Shown one piece after another: positions 43,860-53,314 of a DNA stretch of 64,000 nucleotides. Position numbers and translations under genes: made by a program. The stretch covers positions 3,361 to 67,360 of the forward strand of contig JAEWUO010000003.1 in assembly GCA_023459335.1 (NCBI GenBank), written 5' to 3'. The notes below the pieces were generated by a model. That model worked only from the letters and a program-made list of their open reading frames with translations. It ran no database searches and was not told the origin of the DNA. Source of the DNA: Bacillota bacterium. Lineage in GTDB: Bacteria > Bacillota > Clostridia > Christensenellales > CAG-138. Each line of letters starts with the position of its first letter. Positions within the stretch are counted from its first letter, which is position 1.

Positions 43860-44125
43860 AAATAAAAACGCCCTCGCTTCGGCGTTATGCCGAAACAAGG
43901 ACGATGCTCTCGCGGTGCCACCTTGTTTCCCGATTGCTCGGGCTCTTTGCGGAAATGCCAACACATTCCCCGCGATATAACGGTCACGACCCGTCGCAGG
44001 ATACTTTTATGCTTCCCCTGCGCGCTCTGCGGTCCATTTGAACGATCGTCTCCTGCGGGGCTTCCACCCATGTCCCGCTCTCTGCAAGGTCGTATTCGTC
44101 CGTTATCTCCGCTTCACAGCTTATG
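43860..44125 (-). promoter_or_regulatory. T-box leader (tRNA-sensing riboswitch), probable Trp specifier
   Basis: On the reverse strand: an AGAGAG bulge motif (44078-44083), a distal loop GGGTGGAA, a candidate specifier TGG followed by A (44033-44036), the T-box core AAGGTGGCACCGCG (43911-43922 covers the GGTGGCACCGCG part), then hairpin AACGCC-n8-GGCGTT followed by TTTATTT (43860-43886). Confidence 0.75.
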
Positions 44126-44131
44126 GGCGGA

Positions 44132-44160
44132 ATTATATACGATCCTTTTCCGTCCGTCAA
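44132..44160 (-). promoter_or_regulatory. Promoter of the T-box/trpB transcript
   Basis: Reverse strand reads TTGACG (44155-44160), a 17-nt spacer, then TATAAT (44132-44137). Confidence 0.55.
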
Positions 44161-44379
44161 GGATTAATTTTCTTAATTTTACTTTGAAATTCTTATTTAT
44201 GGCGTTTCTGAAACTTTTCACATCTGGTTTCGCCATATTGAACGAATTTGTGAAATACGCGGAAGGAGATTGAATTGAAGTGTGTTATATGCGATAATAC
44301 ACTTGTTGTCATAGAATCTTTTCCTCGCAATCCCGCTCCGCACTCTCCTGTGCAGGAAGTAAAACGAAAGGGACAGCGC

Positions 44380-44787
44380 ATGAAAAAAACACTCCTGCTC
44401 CTATGGATTGCCGCTGTTTGCGTGTTGTTCCTTGGCTGCAAAAAAAAGCCTGATGTCTCGTTTGTCGATACGCTCCCCTGCGACCAGGCGAACGGGTATA
44501 CGTGGGTCGCGCGCGGCGGCAGCGGAGATACAGGCAAGGTAATCATCGACCAGATCTACCGGGACGACGATACCTACGAGCTGCTCGGCGTGAGCGGCGT
44601 ACTGGAAAACGACTTCGCGGGCGTAATTCCCGGCGTCGCGACGATGCGCCTGTATTATGTTCACGCGGAAGACTGGGACGGTCTCAACAGCAGCGCGGAC
44701 GGCACGGCTTACTATGAATTTCTGGTCTACGACGATCTGACCATCAGCCTTTTATATTCCGAAGTTGAACTGCCGGATAACTTCTAG
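44380..44787 (+). CDS. Putative lipoprotein (135 aa), unknown function
   Basis: MKKTLLLLWIAAVCVLFLGC signal peptide with a lipobox (LFLGC). AAAGGGA RBS upstream of the ATG at 44380. The track ORF starts further upstream at 44275. Confidence 0.65.
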   Translation: MKKTLLLLWIAAVCVLFLGCKKKPDVSFVDTLPCDQANGYTWVARGGSGDTGKVIIDQIYRDDDTYELLGVSGVLENDFAGVIPGVATMRLYYVHAEDWDGLNSSADGTAYYEFLVYDDLTISLLYSEVELPDNF

Positions 44788-44843
44788 CCAAGATCACGCA
44801 ACGCGGCGCCCCGAGAAGGGCGCCGCGTTTTACTTGTATCTGT

Positions 44844-47438
44844 TCAGCGGACGAACAGTCCGTCTTGATTTTTATCGATTACGAGCGTGGCTCCCGCCGC
44901 GACGTCGCCCGCGACGATCTTGCGCGCGAGCAGTGTTTCCACCTTGCTCTGGATATACCGTTTGAGCGGGCGCGCGCCGTAGAGCGGATCGCTGCCGGTT
45001 TCCACGATATATTCCTTCGCGGCGTCCGTCACGTTTACCTTCAGCTGCTGGCTGTTAAGGCGTTTGCCAAGGTCGTTGATCAGAAGGTCGACAATCTCCT
45101 TCAGATCCGCCTTTGTCAGCGGGCGGTAGAATACGATCTCGTCGAGGCGGTTGAGGAATTCCGGCCGGAACGACTGCTTGAGCATTCCCAGAACGATATT
45201 TCTCGCCTCGTCCGAGATGCACCCTTCCCGATCGATCCCCTCCAGAATCACGTCGGAACCAAGGTTGCTGGTGAGTATGATGATGGCGTTTTTAAAGTCC
45301 ACCGTCCTGCCCTGCCCGTCCGTGATCCGTCCGTCGTCGAGTACCTGCAGCAGCACGTTCAGCACGTCCGGATGCGCCTTTTCCACCTCGTCGAAGAGGA
45401 TGACGGCGTACGGTTTCCTGCGTACGGCTTCGGTGAGCTGACCGCCTTCGTCGTAACCGACGTACCCCGGAGGCGCGCCGATGAGGCGGCTGACGCTGTA
45501 TTTCTCCATGTACTCGGACATGTCGATGCGCACCATGCTCTTCTCGTCGTCGAAGAGCGCCTGCGCGAGCGCTTTGGCCAGCTCCGTCTTTCCTACGCCG
45601 GTCGGTCCGAGGAACAGGAATGAACCGATCGGGCGGTTCGGGTCCTGAATGCCCGCGCGGGAACGCAGGATCGCGTCGCTGACGCGTTCCACCGCCTCGT
45701 CCTGCCCGATGACCCGCTCATGCAGAATCTCCGGCAGGCGGAGCAGCTTCTCGCGCTCTCCCTCCATCAGCCGCGAAACGGGGATGCCCGTCCAGCGCGC
45801 GACGATGCGGGCGATCTCCTCCTCCGTCACGCGGTCGTGCAGATACGTTGCCTCGTGCGCATCACTCTCGGCGAGTTTTTCTTCGCGCTCGAGCTGTTCG
45901 GTCAGCTGCGGTAGTTTGCCGTATTTCAGTTCTGCGGCTTTGTTCAGGTCGTATGCGCTCTCCGCTTTTGCAATCTCCGCGTTCGTGCGCTCGATTTCCT
46001 CGCGCAGCTGCTGTACCTTGCCAATGGCGGACTTTTCGTTCTCCCATTTCGCCTTCATCTCGTTGAAGCTTGCACGCAGTTCTGCCAGCTCACGCTGGAT
46101 GTCGTCCAGATGCTCTTTCGAGAGCTTGTCCGTCTCTTTTTTCAGCGCGGCCTCTTCGATCTCCAGTTGCATGATTTTACGGCTCGCGCCGTCGAGTTCG
46201 GTCGGCATGCTGTCGAGCTCGGTCTTGATCAGCGCGCAGGCCTCGTCCACGAGGTCGATCGCCTTATCCGGCAGGAACCGGTCGGAGATGTAGCGGTGGC
46301 TGAGCGTCGCCGCCGCAATGAGCGCCGCGTCCTGAATCTTGACTCCGTGGAACACCTCGTAGCGCTCCTTTAAGCCGCGCAAAATCGAGATCGTGTCCTC
46401 CACGGTCGGCTCCTCGACCAGAACCGGCTGGAACCTGCGCTCCAAAGCCGCGTCCTTTTCGATGTACTGTCGGTACTCATCCAGCGTCGTGGCGCCGATG
46501 CAGTGCAGTTCGCCGCGCGCGAGCATCGGTTTTAAGAGGTTGCCCGCGTCCATCGCGCCCTCGGTCTTGCCCGCGCCGACGATGTTGTGCAGCTCGTCGA
46601 TAAAGAGAATGATCCGCCCGTCGCTCTCCTTGACTTCGTTCAGCACGGCTTTGAGGCGCTCTTCGAATTCGCCGCGAAACTTCGCGCCCGCAACCAGCGC
46701 GCCCATATCGAGCGCGAACACCTTTCGGTCCTTCAGGTTATCCGGCACGTCCCCGCGCACAATGCGCAGCGCGAGCCCCTCCGCGATGGCGGTTTTGCCA
46801 ACGCCCGGTTCGCCGATGAGCACGGGATTGTTCTTCGTCTTACGGGAGAGAATGCGGATCACGCTGCGAATCTCGTCGTCCCGCCCGATGACCGGGTCGA
46901 GCTTCTGATTGCGCGCGAGTTCCACAAGATCCTGCCCGTATTTATTCATCACATCATATGTCCCCTCAGGGTTGTCGCTCGTCACGGGCTTGCTCCCGCG
47001 CACGGTCTTCAGCTGTTCCAGAAACGTTTTTTCATTGATTCCGTATTTGGCAAACAGCTTTTTTACAACCTCGTTCGCCTTTTTCAAAAGGCCGAGAAAC
47101 AAATGCTCCACGGATACGTACTGGTCGCCCATATCCTTGGCGCGCTTTTCCGCTTCGTTCAATGCGGCGTTGAGATCCTGTGAAAGATAGATCTGATCCG
47201 AACCGGAGCCCGCGCTGTAGGTCGGCAGAGCGGCGACTTCCCGCTCCGCGTCCGCACGGAAGCGGTTTAAATCCACGCCGGTCGCGGAGAGGATGCTGCC
47301 GATCAGCCCGTCCGGCTGGGCGACCAGCGCGTAAAGAAGGTGCGCCTGAGCGACCTCCGTGTTCCCCCGTTCTCCGGCAGTTTGCTGCGCGGCCTGAACC
47401 GCCTCTATACTTTTTTGCGTTAACGTATTGACGTTCAT
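44844..47438 (-). CDS. clpB: ATP-dependent chaperone ClpB
   Basis: 864 aa. Two AAA+ modules ([22 protein letters not shown]) and the long middle coiled-coil typical of ClpB. Confidence 0.97.
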   Translation of the reverse strand: MNVNTLTQKSIEAVQAAQQTAGERGNTEVAQAHLLYALVAQPDGLIGSILSATGVDLNRFRADAEREVAALPTYSAGSGSDQIYLSQDLNAALNEAEKRAKDMGDQYVSVEHLFLGLLKKANEVVKKLFAKYGINEKTFLEQLKTVRGSKPVTSDNPEGTYDVMNKYGQDLVELARNQKLDPVIGRDDEIRSVIRILSRKTKNNPVLIGEPGVGKTAIAEGLALRIVRGDVPDNLKDRKVFALDMGALVAGAKFRGEFEERLKAVLNEVKESDGRIILFIDELHNIVGAGKTEGAMDAGNLLKPMLARGELHCIGATTLDEYRQYIEKDAALERRFQPVLVEEPTVEDTISILRGLKERYEVFHGVKIQDAALIAAATLSHRYISDRFLPDKAIDLVDEACALIKTELDSMPTELDGASRKIMQLEIEEAALKKETDKLSKEHLDDIQRELAELRASFNEMKAKWENEKSAIGKVQQLREEIERTNAEIAKAESAYDLNKAAELKYGKLPQLTEQLEREEKLAESDAHEATYLHDRVTEEEIARIVARWTGIPVSRLMEGEREKLLRLPEILHERVIGQDEAVERVSDAILRSRAGIQDPNRPIGSFLFLGPTGVGKTELAKALAQALFDDEKSMVRIDMSEYMEKYSVSRLIGAPPGYVGYDEGGQLTEAVRRKPYAVILFDEVEKAHPDVLNVLLQVLDDGRITDGQGRTVDFKNAIIILTSNLGSDVILEGIDREGCISDEARNIVLGMLKQSFRPEFLNRLDEIVFYRPLTKADLKEIVDLLINDLGKRLNSQQLKVNVTDAAKEYIVETGSDPLYGARPLKRYIQSKVETLLARKIVAGDVAAGATLVIDKNQDGLFVR

Positions 47439-47452
47439 GTTTCTTACCCCCT

Positions 47453-48103
47453 CTACAGGATCAGCCCGCCGCCGCGGATATAGTTGACGTAAAGTTTTTC
47501 AACCCCCGTCGTCGCGGCCGCCGGCTCGTTGATCCATTCAAAATAATATTTCAGCGCGGAATCCAATAGGCGGATGTACGCCGCGATCCCCTCGCCGATC
47601 TGTCCGTTGTCGAGCTTGTTCTCCTCCGAAAGCCGCAGCTTGCGCAGATACCGCCCGTCCTCCATGGCGCACTCGACCCTGCCGATATACGCCGTTTCGA
47701 TGCGTGTCCAGAGCTTGAAAAACTGAAGCATCGCGAGCACGAGCGCGCTGTTTTGGCTGCGCACCGAAACCCGCAGTTCGCCCAGGAGCGGACGCGCGTT
47801 CTGGTAGAGTTCCACGCTGTAGCGTACGCTTGGGTTATATTTATAATCCAGCGCGCTCCGGAGCGAGAACATCGATTCGGACGGCTGGAGCTGCGGTTCA
47901 AACACGCTGCCGATCAGCATATGCTCGATGGCGGAAAACACCTCGCGCATGCGCTTCTCCGGCGTGGTGAACCGCACATACTCCGCCAGGATCTGGTTGA
48001 TCATGGCGGATCTGCTCGCGCTGGCTTCGTATGCCATCCGGTCGATTTCCTGCACGATTTCGTCGGCCAAAACCAGCGAATACACGCTTTTGTTCATATT
48101 CAA
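47453..48103 (-). CDS. Ribbon-helix-helix (CopG/Arc-like) N-terminal domain protein with an unknown ~170-aa C-terminal domain
   Basis: KSVYSLVLADEIVQEIDRMAYEASASRSAMINQILAEYV fits the beta-alpha-alpha RHH pattern. The stop lies 14 nt upstream of the clpB ATG. Confidence 0.6.
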   Translation of the reverse strand: MNMNKSVYSLVLADEIVQEIDRMAYEASASRSAMINQILAEYVRFTTPEKRMREVFSAIEHMLIGSVFEPQLQPSESMFSLRSALDYKYNPSVRYSVELYQNARPLLGELRVSVRSQNSALVLAMLQFFKLWTRIETAYIGRVECAMEDGRYLRKLRLSEENKLDNGQIGEGIAAYIRLLDSALKYYFEWINEPAAATTGVEKLYVNYIRGGGLIL

Positions 48104-48246
48104 TCACCTCGCGGTCTATTCAATTTGATTATAGCGATCCGAATTAACTTTGCAAGCGTTATTAATAATTTTGATTACGATTTTGCAATTCTTTCACGAT
48201 TTCACTATACTGAATCCGCAATGCTTTTCGGGAGAACGACAAAGAC

Positions 48247-49407
48247 ATGAAATACGACTTCGACAAAATCATCGGCCGCGAGGGCACGGACAGCATTAAA
48301 CTGGAAGCGGGCGTCAAGATCAACCCGTATTTACCGAAGGAATATATCCCGCTCTGGGTGGCGGACATGGATTTTGCCTGCGCGCCGGCAATCCTCGACG
48401 CGATGCGCGCGCGCCTGGACCGCAGGATACTCGGCTACACCGACCTGGGAACGGAAACGAAGGGCAGCGTTGTTCGCTGGATGGAACGGCATTTCGGCTG
48501 GTTTCCGCAGGAAGACGAAATCGTATTTTCCGCCGGTATCGTCGCGGCGCTTTACGCGGCGGTCGGCCGGCTGACCGGCCCAGGCGACGAGGTCTGCTTT
48601 CTGACCCCCGCTTACCAGCCCTTCGACAAGGCGGTGCGGCTGCAGGGGCGCGTGCCTCTCTATTCGCGTATGATCGAACGGGACGCGCATTGGACAATCG
48701 ATTTTGACGACCTGCAAAAAAAGCTGAGCCGACCGGAATGCAGGCTGTTCCTCCATTGCGATCCGCAGAACCCCACGGGTCGCGTATTTGCCGAAGCCGA
48801 ACTTCGCAAGATCGGCGAATTGTGTTTTACAAACGGCGTGTTCGTCGTCAGCGACGAGATCCACGAAGACCTGCTTCGCACGGGACAAACGCATATTCCT
48901 CTGGCAAAGCTCTTTCCCAAAGAACGGCGTATCATCACCTGCACGAGCCCCAGCAAAAGCTTTAATATCGCGGGCAACAATCACGCGCACCTGTTCATCC
49001 CCGACCCGCAGCTAAAGCGCGACTGGACGATGCGTTACTACAACGGACACCCCAGCGCGCTTTCCAGCAACGCCGTGGTCGCGGCATACGGCAAATCGGA
49101 AGACTGGCTGGAGGAACTGCGCAGTTATCTCGACGGAAGTTTCCTCATGATGAGTAATTTCATCGGCGAACGCATGCCGAAAGCGAAATTTGCAATTCCC
49201 GAAGGTACCTATCTCGCGTGGGTCGATCTCTCCGGCTACGGGTTGAGCGAACAGGAACTGAAACAGCGAATTTCGGGCGCGGGCGTGTTCGTGCAGTTCG
49301 GCGAGGACTTTGTGGACAATGCGGACTGCCATATGCGCGTCAATATCGCCTGCCCCAGAAGCGTACTGACAGAGGGGCTGGATCGCATCTGCCGCGCACT
49401 GGAATAA
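48247..49407 (+). CDS. MalY/PatB-family cystathionine beta-lyase (class I/II aminotransferase fold)
   Basis: 386 aa. MKYDFDKIIGREGTDSIK N-terminus typical of PatB/MalY, and the PLP-Lys motif SPSKSFNIAG. Confidence 0.85.
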   Translation: MKYDFDKIIGREGTDSIKLEAGVKINPYLPKEYIPLWVADMDFACAPAILDAMRARLDRRILGYTDLGTETKGSVVRWMERHFGWFPQEDEIVFSAGIVAALYAAVGRLTGPGDEVCFLTPAYQPFDKAVRLQGRVPLYSRMIERDAHWTIDFDDLQKKLSRPECRLFLHCDPQNPTGRVFAEAELRKIGELCFTNGVFVVSDEIHEDLLRTGQTHIPLAKLFPKERRIITCTSPSKSFNIAGNNHAHLFIPDPQLKRDWTMRYYNGHPSALSSNAVVAAYGKSEDWLEELRSYLDGSFLMMSNFIGERMPKAKFAIPEGTYLAWVDLSGYGLSEQELKQRISGAGVFVQFGEDFVDNADCHMRVNIACPRSVLTEGLDRICRALE

Positions 49408-49444
49408 AGGAATCCAAAAAAATCAAAAACGGTCTGCGCCGTTT

Positions 49445-50945
49445 CAGTCCGTCAAAGAACTCCGTTCCGTTAAGCCGGAATGGGGTTCTTTGCATAGAGT
49501 TGAATGTGAAGCAAATCAGCGAAAAGATATCGCAGGAAAGGATGTGCTTCCTTTCACCTGTGAACCGCGAATTTCTTGAAGTTCATAGCAGCATATTTGA
49601 GCTTGACACAGTTGGTAACTGCGGTTAAGCCTTGGTAGGGGGTATAACGCATCGCGTATTTTTCTTTGGCGTCGGCGAAGACCCGTTCAATCGTTTCTTT
49701 TCGCTTCTCGTAAGTTGCTTTCTCCAATGGCGTGTGCCGAATGTCTTCTGCCTGCTCAATGGAATCCCGCCATATATGAAGTGCGACCAGTTTTTGACAC
49801 TGCTTGCTTGCGGTGCAGAGGTGCCGTGTCGGGCAGTTCCTGCAAACGCTTGGATCGCTTTTATATTTCCGATATCCGTTTCGATTGGTTGTTGTATAGT
49901 TCAGAATGTTGTATTCCGGGCAGATGACGCAATCGTAGTATTCGTCATAAATATACTTACGCCAAGCATGGTTCCCTTCTTTTGTCATGGGGCGTTTGTA
50001 AGGCAAGGACGGGATGCGTTGATCTTCAATAATTCTTTTGCAGATCCACGGAGTCTTGTATCCGGCATCCATCGTAACTACGCTGATCTCGGGGAAACGC
50101 TGCGTCACCTGATCGTTAATCCCGTCAAAGGCTGTGCTGTCATGCATGTTTCCCGCGTGAACGTCTACGCCGAGAATATAGTTGTGCCGGTCGCAAGCCG
50201 TTTGTATTCCATACGCAAAGCATTTCTTGTGATCCCCTTTGTGAAACACGCCGCATTCCGGATCGGTCGTCGAGTTGATGACTTCTTTTCTTCCACCGGC
50301 GCATCGGGCGGATCGTCGTCGAACGGCTTCTTGCCATGTTCTTCGCGATCCGCGTTCACTTCCTCGCGAAGCTGTTTCTCGTAAACCTTTACCGCGACAG
50401 GAATTGCATGCTTGACCTGCTTTTTCATGTTTGCATTGGCCTTCACATGTGTGCCGTCGATGTACGCGACTTCCGACGAAAGATAGCCTGCTCGGTTTAT
50501 TTCTTTCAGAATCCAGCAAAAGATGCTTTCTACGGTATCGCTGTTAAACCGGTGCCGGAAATTATAGCTGACCGTCGCAAAATGCGGGATTGGTTCACTG
50601 ATTCGGTACCCCAAAAACCAGCGATATGCGACGTTCATTTCGATATCAGCAACGGTTTGCCGTAATGATCGAATCCCATACAAGTGCTGAATCAGCACGA
50701 TCTTGAATAATACAGCAGGATCGACACTCGGTCGCCCGTTGTCTTTACAGTACAGATCGCCGACGATCTCATATAACCGCTGATAGTCTATCGTCGCGTC
50801 AATCTTTCAAAGCAGGTACTCTTTCGGCACCAGCATCTTTGTGCACATGATCTCCAGCTTGTCCCGCTCGATTGTTTCCTTCTCTGTTAACATGCCTATA
50901 TTATACCAAAAAAGTCCCGATCATTGGGACTTTTTTGACAGACTG
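49445..50945 (-). mobile_element. Decayed IS element, IS1182-family-like (IS5 superfamily)
   Basis: Terminal inverted repeats match 16/19: CAGTCCGTCAAAGAACTCC at 49445-49463 versus the reverse complement of 50927-50945, CAGTCTGTCAAAAAAGTCC. Each repeat is the 5' arm of a local hairpin. The element is AT-richer than its flanks and carries a disrupted DDE transposase gene. Boundaries are approximate and I saw no target-site duplication. Confidence 0.55.
49554..50893 (-). pseudogene. Transposase pseudogene (nonsense codon plus frameshift)
   Basis: The reading frame from ATG 50893 hits an in-frame TGA at 50807-50809 (codon 29). It then continues as LFKIVLIQHLYGIRSLRQ...NVAYRWFLGY and shifts frame at the A/T run near 50286-50289, rejoining ...STTDPECGVFHKGDHKK...DAGYKTPWI...CRNCPTRHLC... 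The track shows this as two overlapping ORFs, 50165-50698 and 49554-50519. Confidence 0.75.
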
Positions 50946-50946
50946 C

Positions 50947-50983
50947 AAGGAGTACCTTTGGAACTCCTTGTTATTTTTATTTG
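50947..50983 (+). terminator. Rho-independent terminator immediately outside the IS right end
   Basis: AAGGAGT-acctttgga-ACTCCTT followed by GTTATTTTTATTT. Plausibly the original terminator of the patB-like gene. Confidence 0.6.
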
Positions 50984-51199
50984 CGCGAGGATTTTGAATC
51001 TCCAGTCTGCACCTGACCATATTGGAACTTAAAAGATGAGCGGCGGCGCGAGAAGAATTCCGCCGGTCTAAACGAAAATCGCCTGTCCCCCGGTCCAACT
51101 GGATCAGAAATTGTAATATAGCGGGCCGAATGTTATACTGTGCTCGAATAATATCAAAGTATTATTTAGCGAAACAGACGCAATAGAGGAGGGATCCTT

Positions 51200-51760
51200 A
51201 CGGGCGGACTGCTGCAGTTCCCCAATCGGGAAGAATTCAGAAAATGACTCTCGGAGCATTGCCTGTCCGTCGATGGCGTCTGGCTGCAGTTTGGAAAGGC
51301 GCGTAATCCGCTAACGATAACCGCAGACGAAGCGCTTGAAGAAGCGCTTTGCTTCGGATGGATTGACGGGCAGATGCAGAGCATTGATGATCAAACCTAT
51401 AAGAAATATTTCACCCAGCGGCGGCATAACAGCAAGTGGTCGGAGAAAAACAAGACGCTGGCAGAAAAACTGGAACGTCAGGGCGTTATGACCGACCACG
51501 GCAGATTAAAAATTGCCGAGGCTCAAAAGAACGGCCAGTGGAACGCCGCCAAGCCACCGGCTGTGACTGACGAGCAGATAAACGCTGTAGCCGAACTGCT
51601 GAGTGTCTATGAACCAGCCAGTACCAATTTTAAAACCATGCCGCCGTCGGTTAAGAAAACATATACCCGGGCGTACCTGGATGCGAAATCAGAGGATGGA
51701 CGAAAAAAAAGGCTGGCGTGGATGGTGAACCGGCTCAACCAAAACTTAAAGCCGATGTAA
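51200..51760 (+). pseudogene. YdeI/OmpD-associated family gene with a degenerate start and an in-frame TGA
   Basis: The frame from 51200 reads (ACG)GGLLQFPNREEFRK*LSEHCLSVDGVWLQFGKARNPLTITADEALEEALCFGWIDGQMQSIDDQTYKKYFTQRR... The TGA at 51245-51247 sits where the family has Trp. GGAGGG lies 6 nt upstream of the ACG at 51200. The track lists only the distal 128-aa ORF (51374-51760). Confidence 0.6.
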
Positions 51761-51821
51761 GCGGCGGCCGCGCGCACTTTACCGCGAGAGGTTCGGTTTC
51801 TTTCCCCCCGGATAAAACATC

Positions 51822-51853
51822 AAGAAGTTCTTCAGGGAACTTCTTATTTTATT
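51822..51853 (+). terminator. Rho-independent terminator
   Basis: AAGAAGTTC-ttcagg-GAACTTCTT followed by ATTTTATT. Confidence 0.65.
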
Positions 51854-51966
51854 ATAATAGATATCGTTATATCGATAATGCAGTATTGACTTTATTTTAA
51901 AATCTATTACACTGAGATTATTGAATTTCATCCAATTCTGTTATTATAATTTGAAGGAGAATCCAT

Positions 51967-52386
51967 ATGGACAATCTGGTGATCGACCTCAGGCGCACGG
52001 ACCGCAGGGTCCATTTCGAATGCATCTCCGCTTCCCATCCTTCGCTTTCCATTCCGCTCGATTATGTTCCGCCGCTCGGCGCCGACGCGGGCTTCGCAGG
52101 TCTGGAACTGCTGCTCGTGAGCTTCTGCGGGTGCGTCAGCACCGCCATCGTCGCGCTTCTGCTTCGGATGGGCAGGCAGATCGGTTCCTACTCCGTTCAT
52201 GCGGAAGGCGTTCGCGCGGAACAGCCTCTCTCGCTGAAACAAATCCTGTTCCATGTCGAGATCGATTCTGCCGACACTACCGACGCCGATATGCAAACCG
52301 TGCTTCGCCAGGCAGAGCAGATTTCGCCCGTGTGGCTCGCTCTCAGAAACAACGTATCCGTGGAAACAAGCTATCAGGTCCTATAA
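51967..52386 (+). CDS. OsmC/Ohr-family peroxiredoxin-like protein
   Basis: 139 aa. OsmC-like pattern GLELLLVSFCGCVSTAIV and a C-terminal ISPVWLAL. GAAGGAGA RBS. Confidence 0.8.
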   Translation: MDNLVIDLRRTDRRVHFECISASHPSLSIPLDYVPPLGADAGFAGLELLLVSFCGCVSTAIVALLLRMGRQIGSYSVHAEGVRAEQPLSLKQILFHVEIDSADTTDADMQTVLRQAEQISPVWLALRNNVSVETSYQVL

Positions 52387-52404
52387 CTTGACAGGAGGTC
52401 TCCT

Positions 52405-53229
52405 ATGCTTGAACTGCCCGAAACCATCGTAATCGGAACTCAAATCGCCGCCGCGCTGACTGGTGCGGAGGTCAGCCGCGTGTCGCCCCCGACCAAACCT
52501 CATAAATTCACCTGGTTTGCGGGCGATCCTAAGGAGTACGATACGCGTCTGCGCGGCCTGCGTGTCGCCGGCGGAGCCGGGGTCGGCAGTTACGCGGAAA
52601 TCCTGTTTGAACGCGGACTGCGGCTTGGTTTCAGCGACGGTGCGACGCCTCATCTCTGCGAGAGCAGGTCCTGCGCGCCAAACGATTACCAGCTCCTCGT
52701 CGAATTCGCGGACGGTCGCGCACTGGCCGTCACCGTCGCCATGTACGGCGGCATCGTTCTGCACGACGAATCGTATGATAACCCGTATTATCAGAAAGCG
52801 GTCCATTCGATTTCACCTCTTTCCGACGGATTCGCCTCGCATTTTTGCGCCGTCTTTTCCAACAGCAAGTCAACGTTAAGCGCGAAGGCCTTCCTCGCCA
52901 CCGAGCAGCGCTTCCCCGGGCTCGGAAACGGTGTATTGCAGGATATTCTGCTCAACGCGCACGTCCACCCGAAACGCAAAATCGGAACGCTTTCCGTCGA
53001 AGAGCAGGAAAACCTGCTTGCCTCGGTGATCCGCACGCTGAAGGAGATGGCCGATCTCGGCGGACGCGATACGGAAAAGGACCTCTTCGGAAATCCCGGC
53101 GGCTACCGTACGATGCTCTCGAAAAACACGCTGGCGACCGGTTGCCCGCTCTGCGGCGGTCCGATCGTCAAGGAAGCGTATATGGGCGGCGCGGTATATG
53201 TTTGCCCCAGGTGTCAGCCGCTTTCGTAA
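52405..53229 (+). CDS. Fpg/Nei-family DNA glycosylase-like protein with non-canonical N-terminus
   Basis: H2TH segment RFPGLGNGVLQDILLNAHVHPKRK and C-terminal zinc finger CPLCGG...CPRCQ. The N-terminus is MLELPE rather than MPELPE. AGGAGG lies 6 nt upstream. Confidence 0.8.
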   Translation: MLELPETIVIGTQIAAALTGAEVSRVSPPTKPHKFTWFAGDPKEYDTRLRGLRVAGGAGVGSYAEILFERGLRLGFSDGATPHLCESRSCAPNDYQLLVEFADGRALAVTVAMYGGIVLHDESYDNPYYQKAVHSISPLSDGFASHFCAVFSNSKSTLSAKAFLATEQRFPGLGNGVLQDILLNAHVHPKRKIGTLSVEEQENLLASVIRTLKEMADLGGRDTEKDLFGNPGGYRTMLSKNTLATGCPLCGGPIVKEAYMGGAVYVCPRCQPLS

Positions 53230-53314
53230 GCCGGCTTTCATATCGGACACGCGCTTCTGGTTTTTCGGGCAGTATGGTATGATTGAAGTATCGATCAAGT
53301 AAGGCGGTATCTAG

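Noticed and set aside
44275-44379. Upstream extension of the lipoprotein ORF (MKCVICDNTL..., CxxC-like)
   Set aside because: A canonical signal peptide with a lipobox starts at the internal Met (44380), which has its own RBS. The extension has no support and would bury the signal peptide.
44380-44787. Chagasin-type (I42) peptidase inhibitor assignment for the lipoprotein
   Set aside because: There is only a loose resemblance (ANGYTW versus the NPTTGY-W motif). That is not enough to support a family call.
48104-48246. CtsR operator (GGTCAAA direct repeat) or CIRCE (TTAGCACTC-N9-GAGTGCTAA) upstream of the clpB operon
   Set aside because: I found no acceptable match to either consensus by eye. 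Only unrelated short AT-rich repeats are present.
51245-51247. TGA recoded as a sense codon (alternative genetic code or selenocysteine) in the YdeI-family gene
   Set aside because: TGA terminates other conserved genes in this window at their expected ends (for example YhhN at 5045-5047). No SECIS-like context is obvious, and the same gene also has a damaged start codon, so a pseudogene is more parsimonious.
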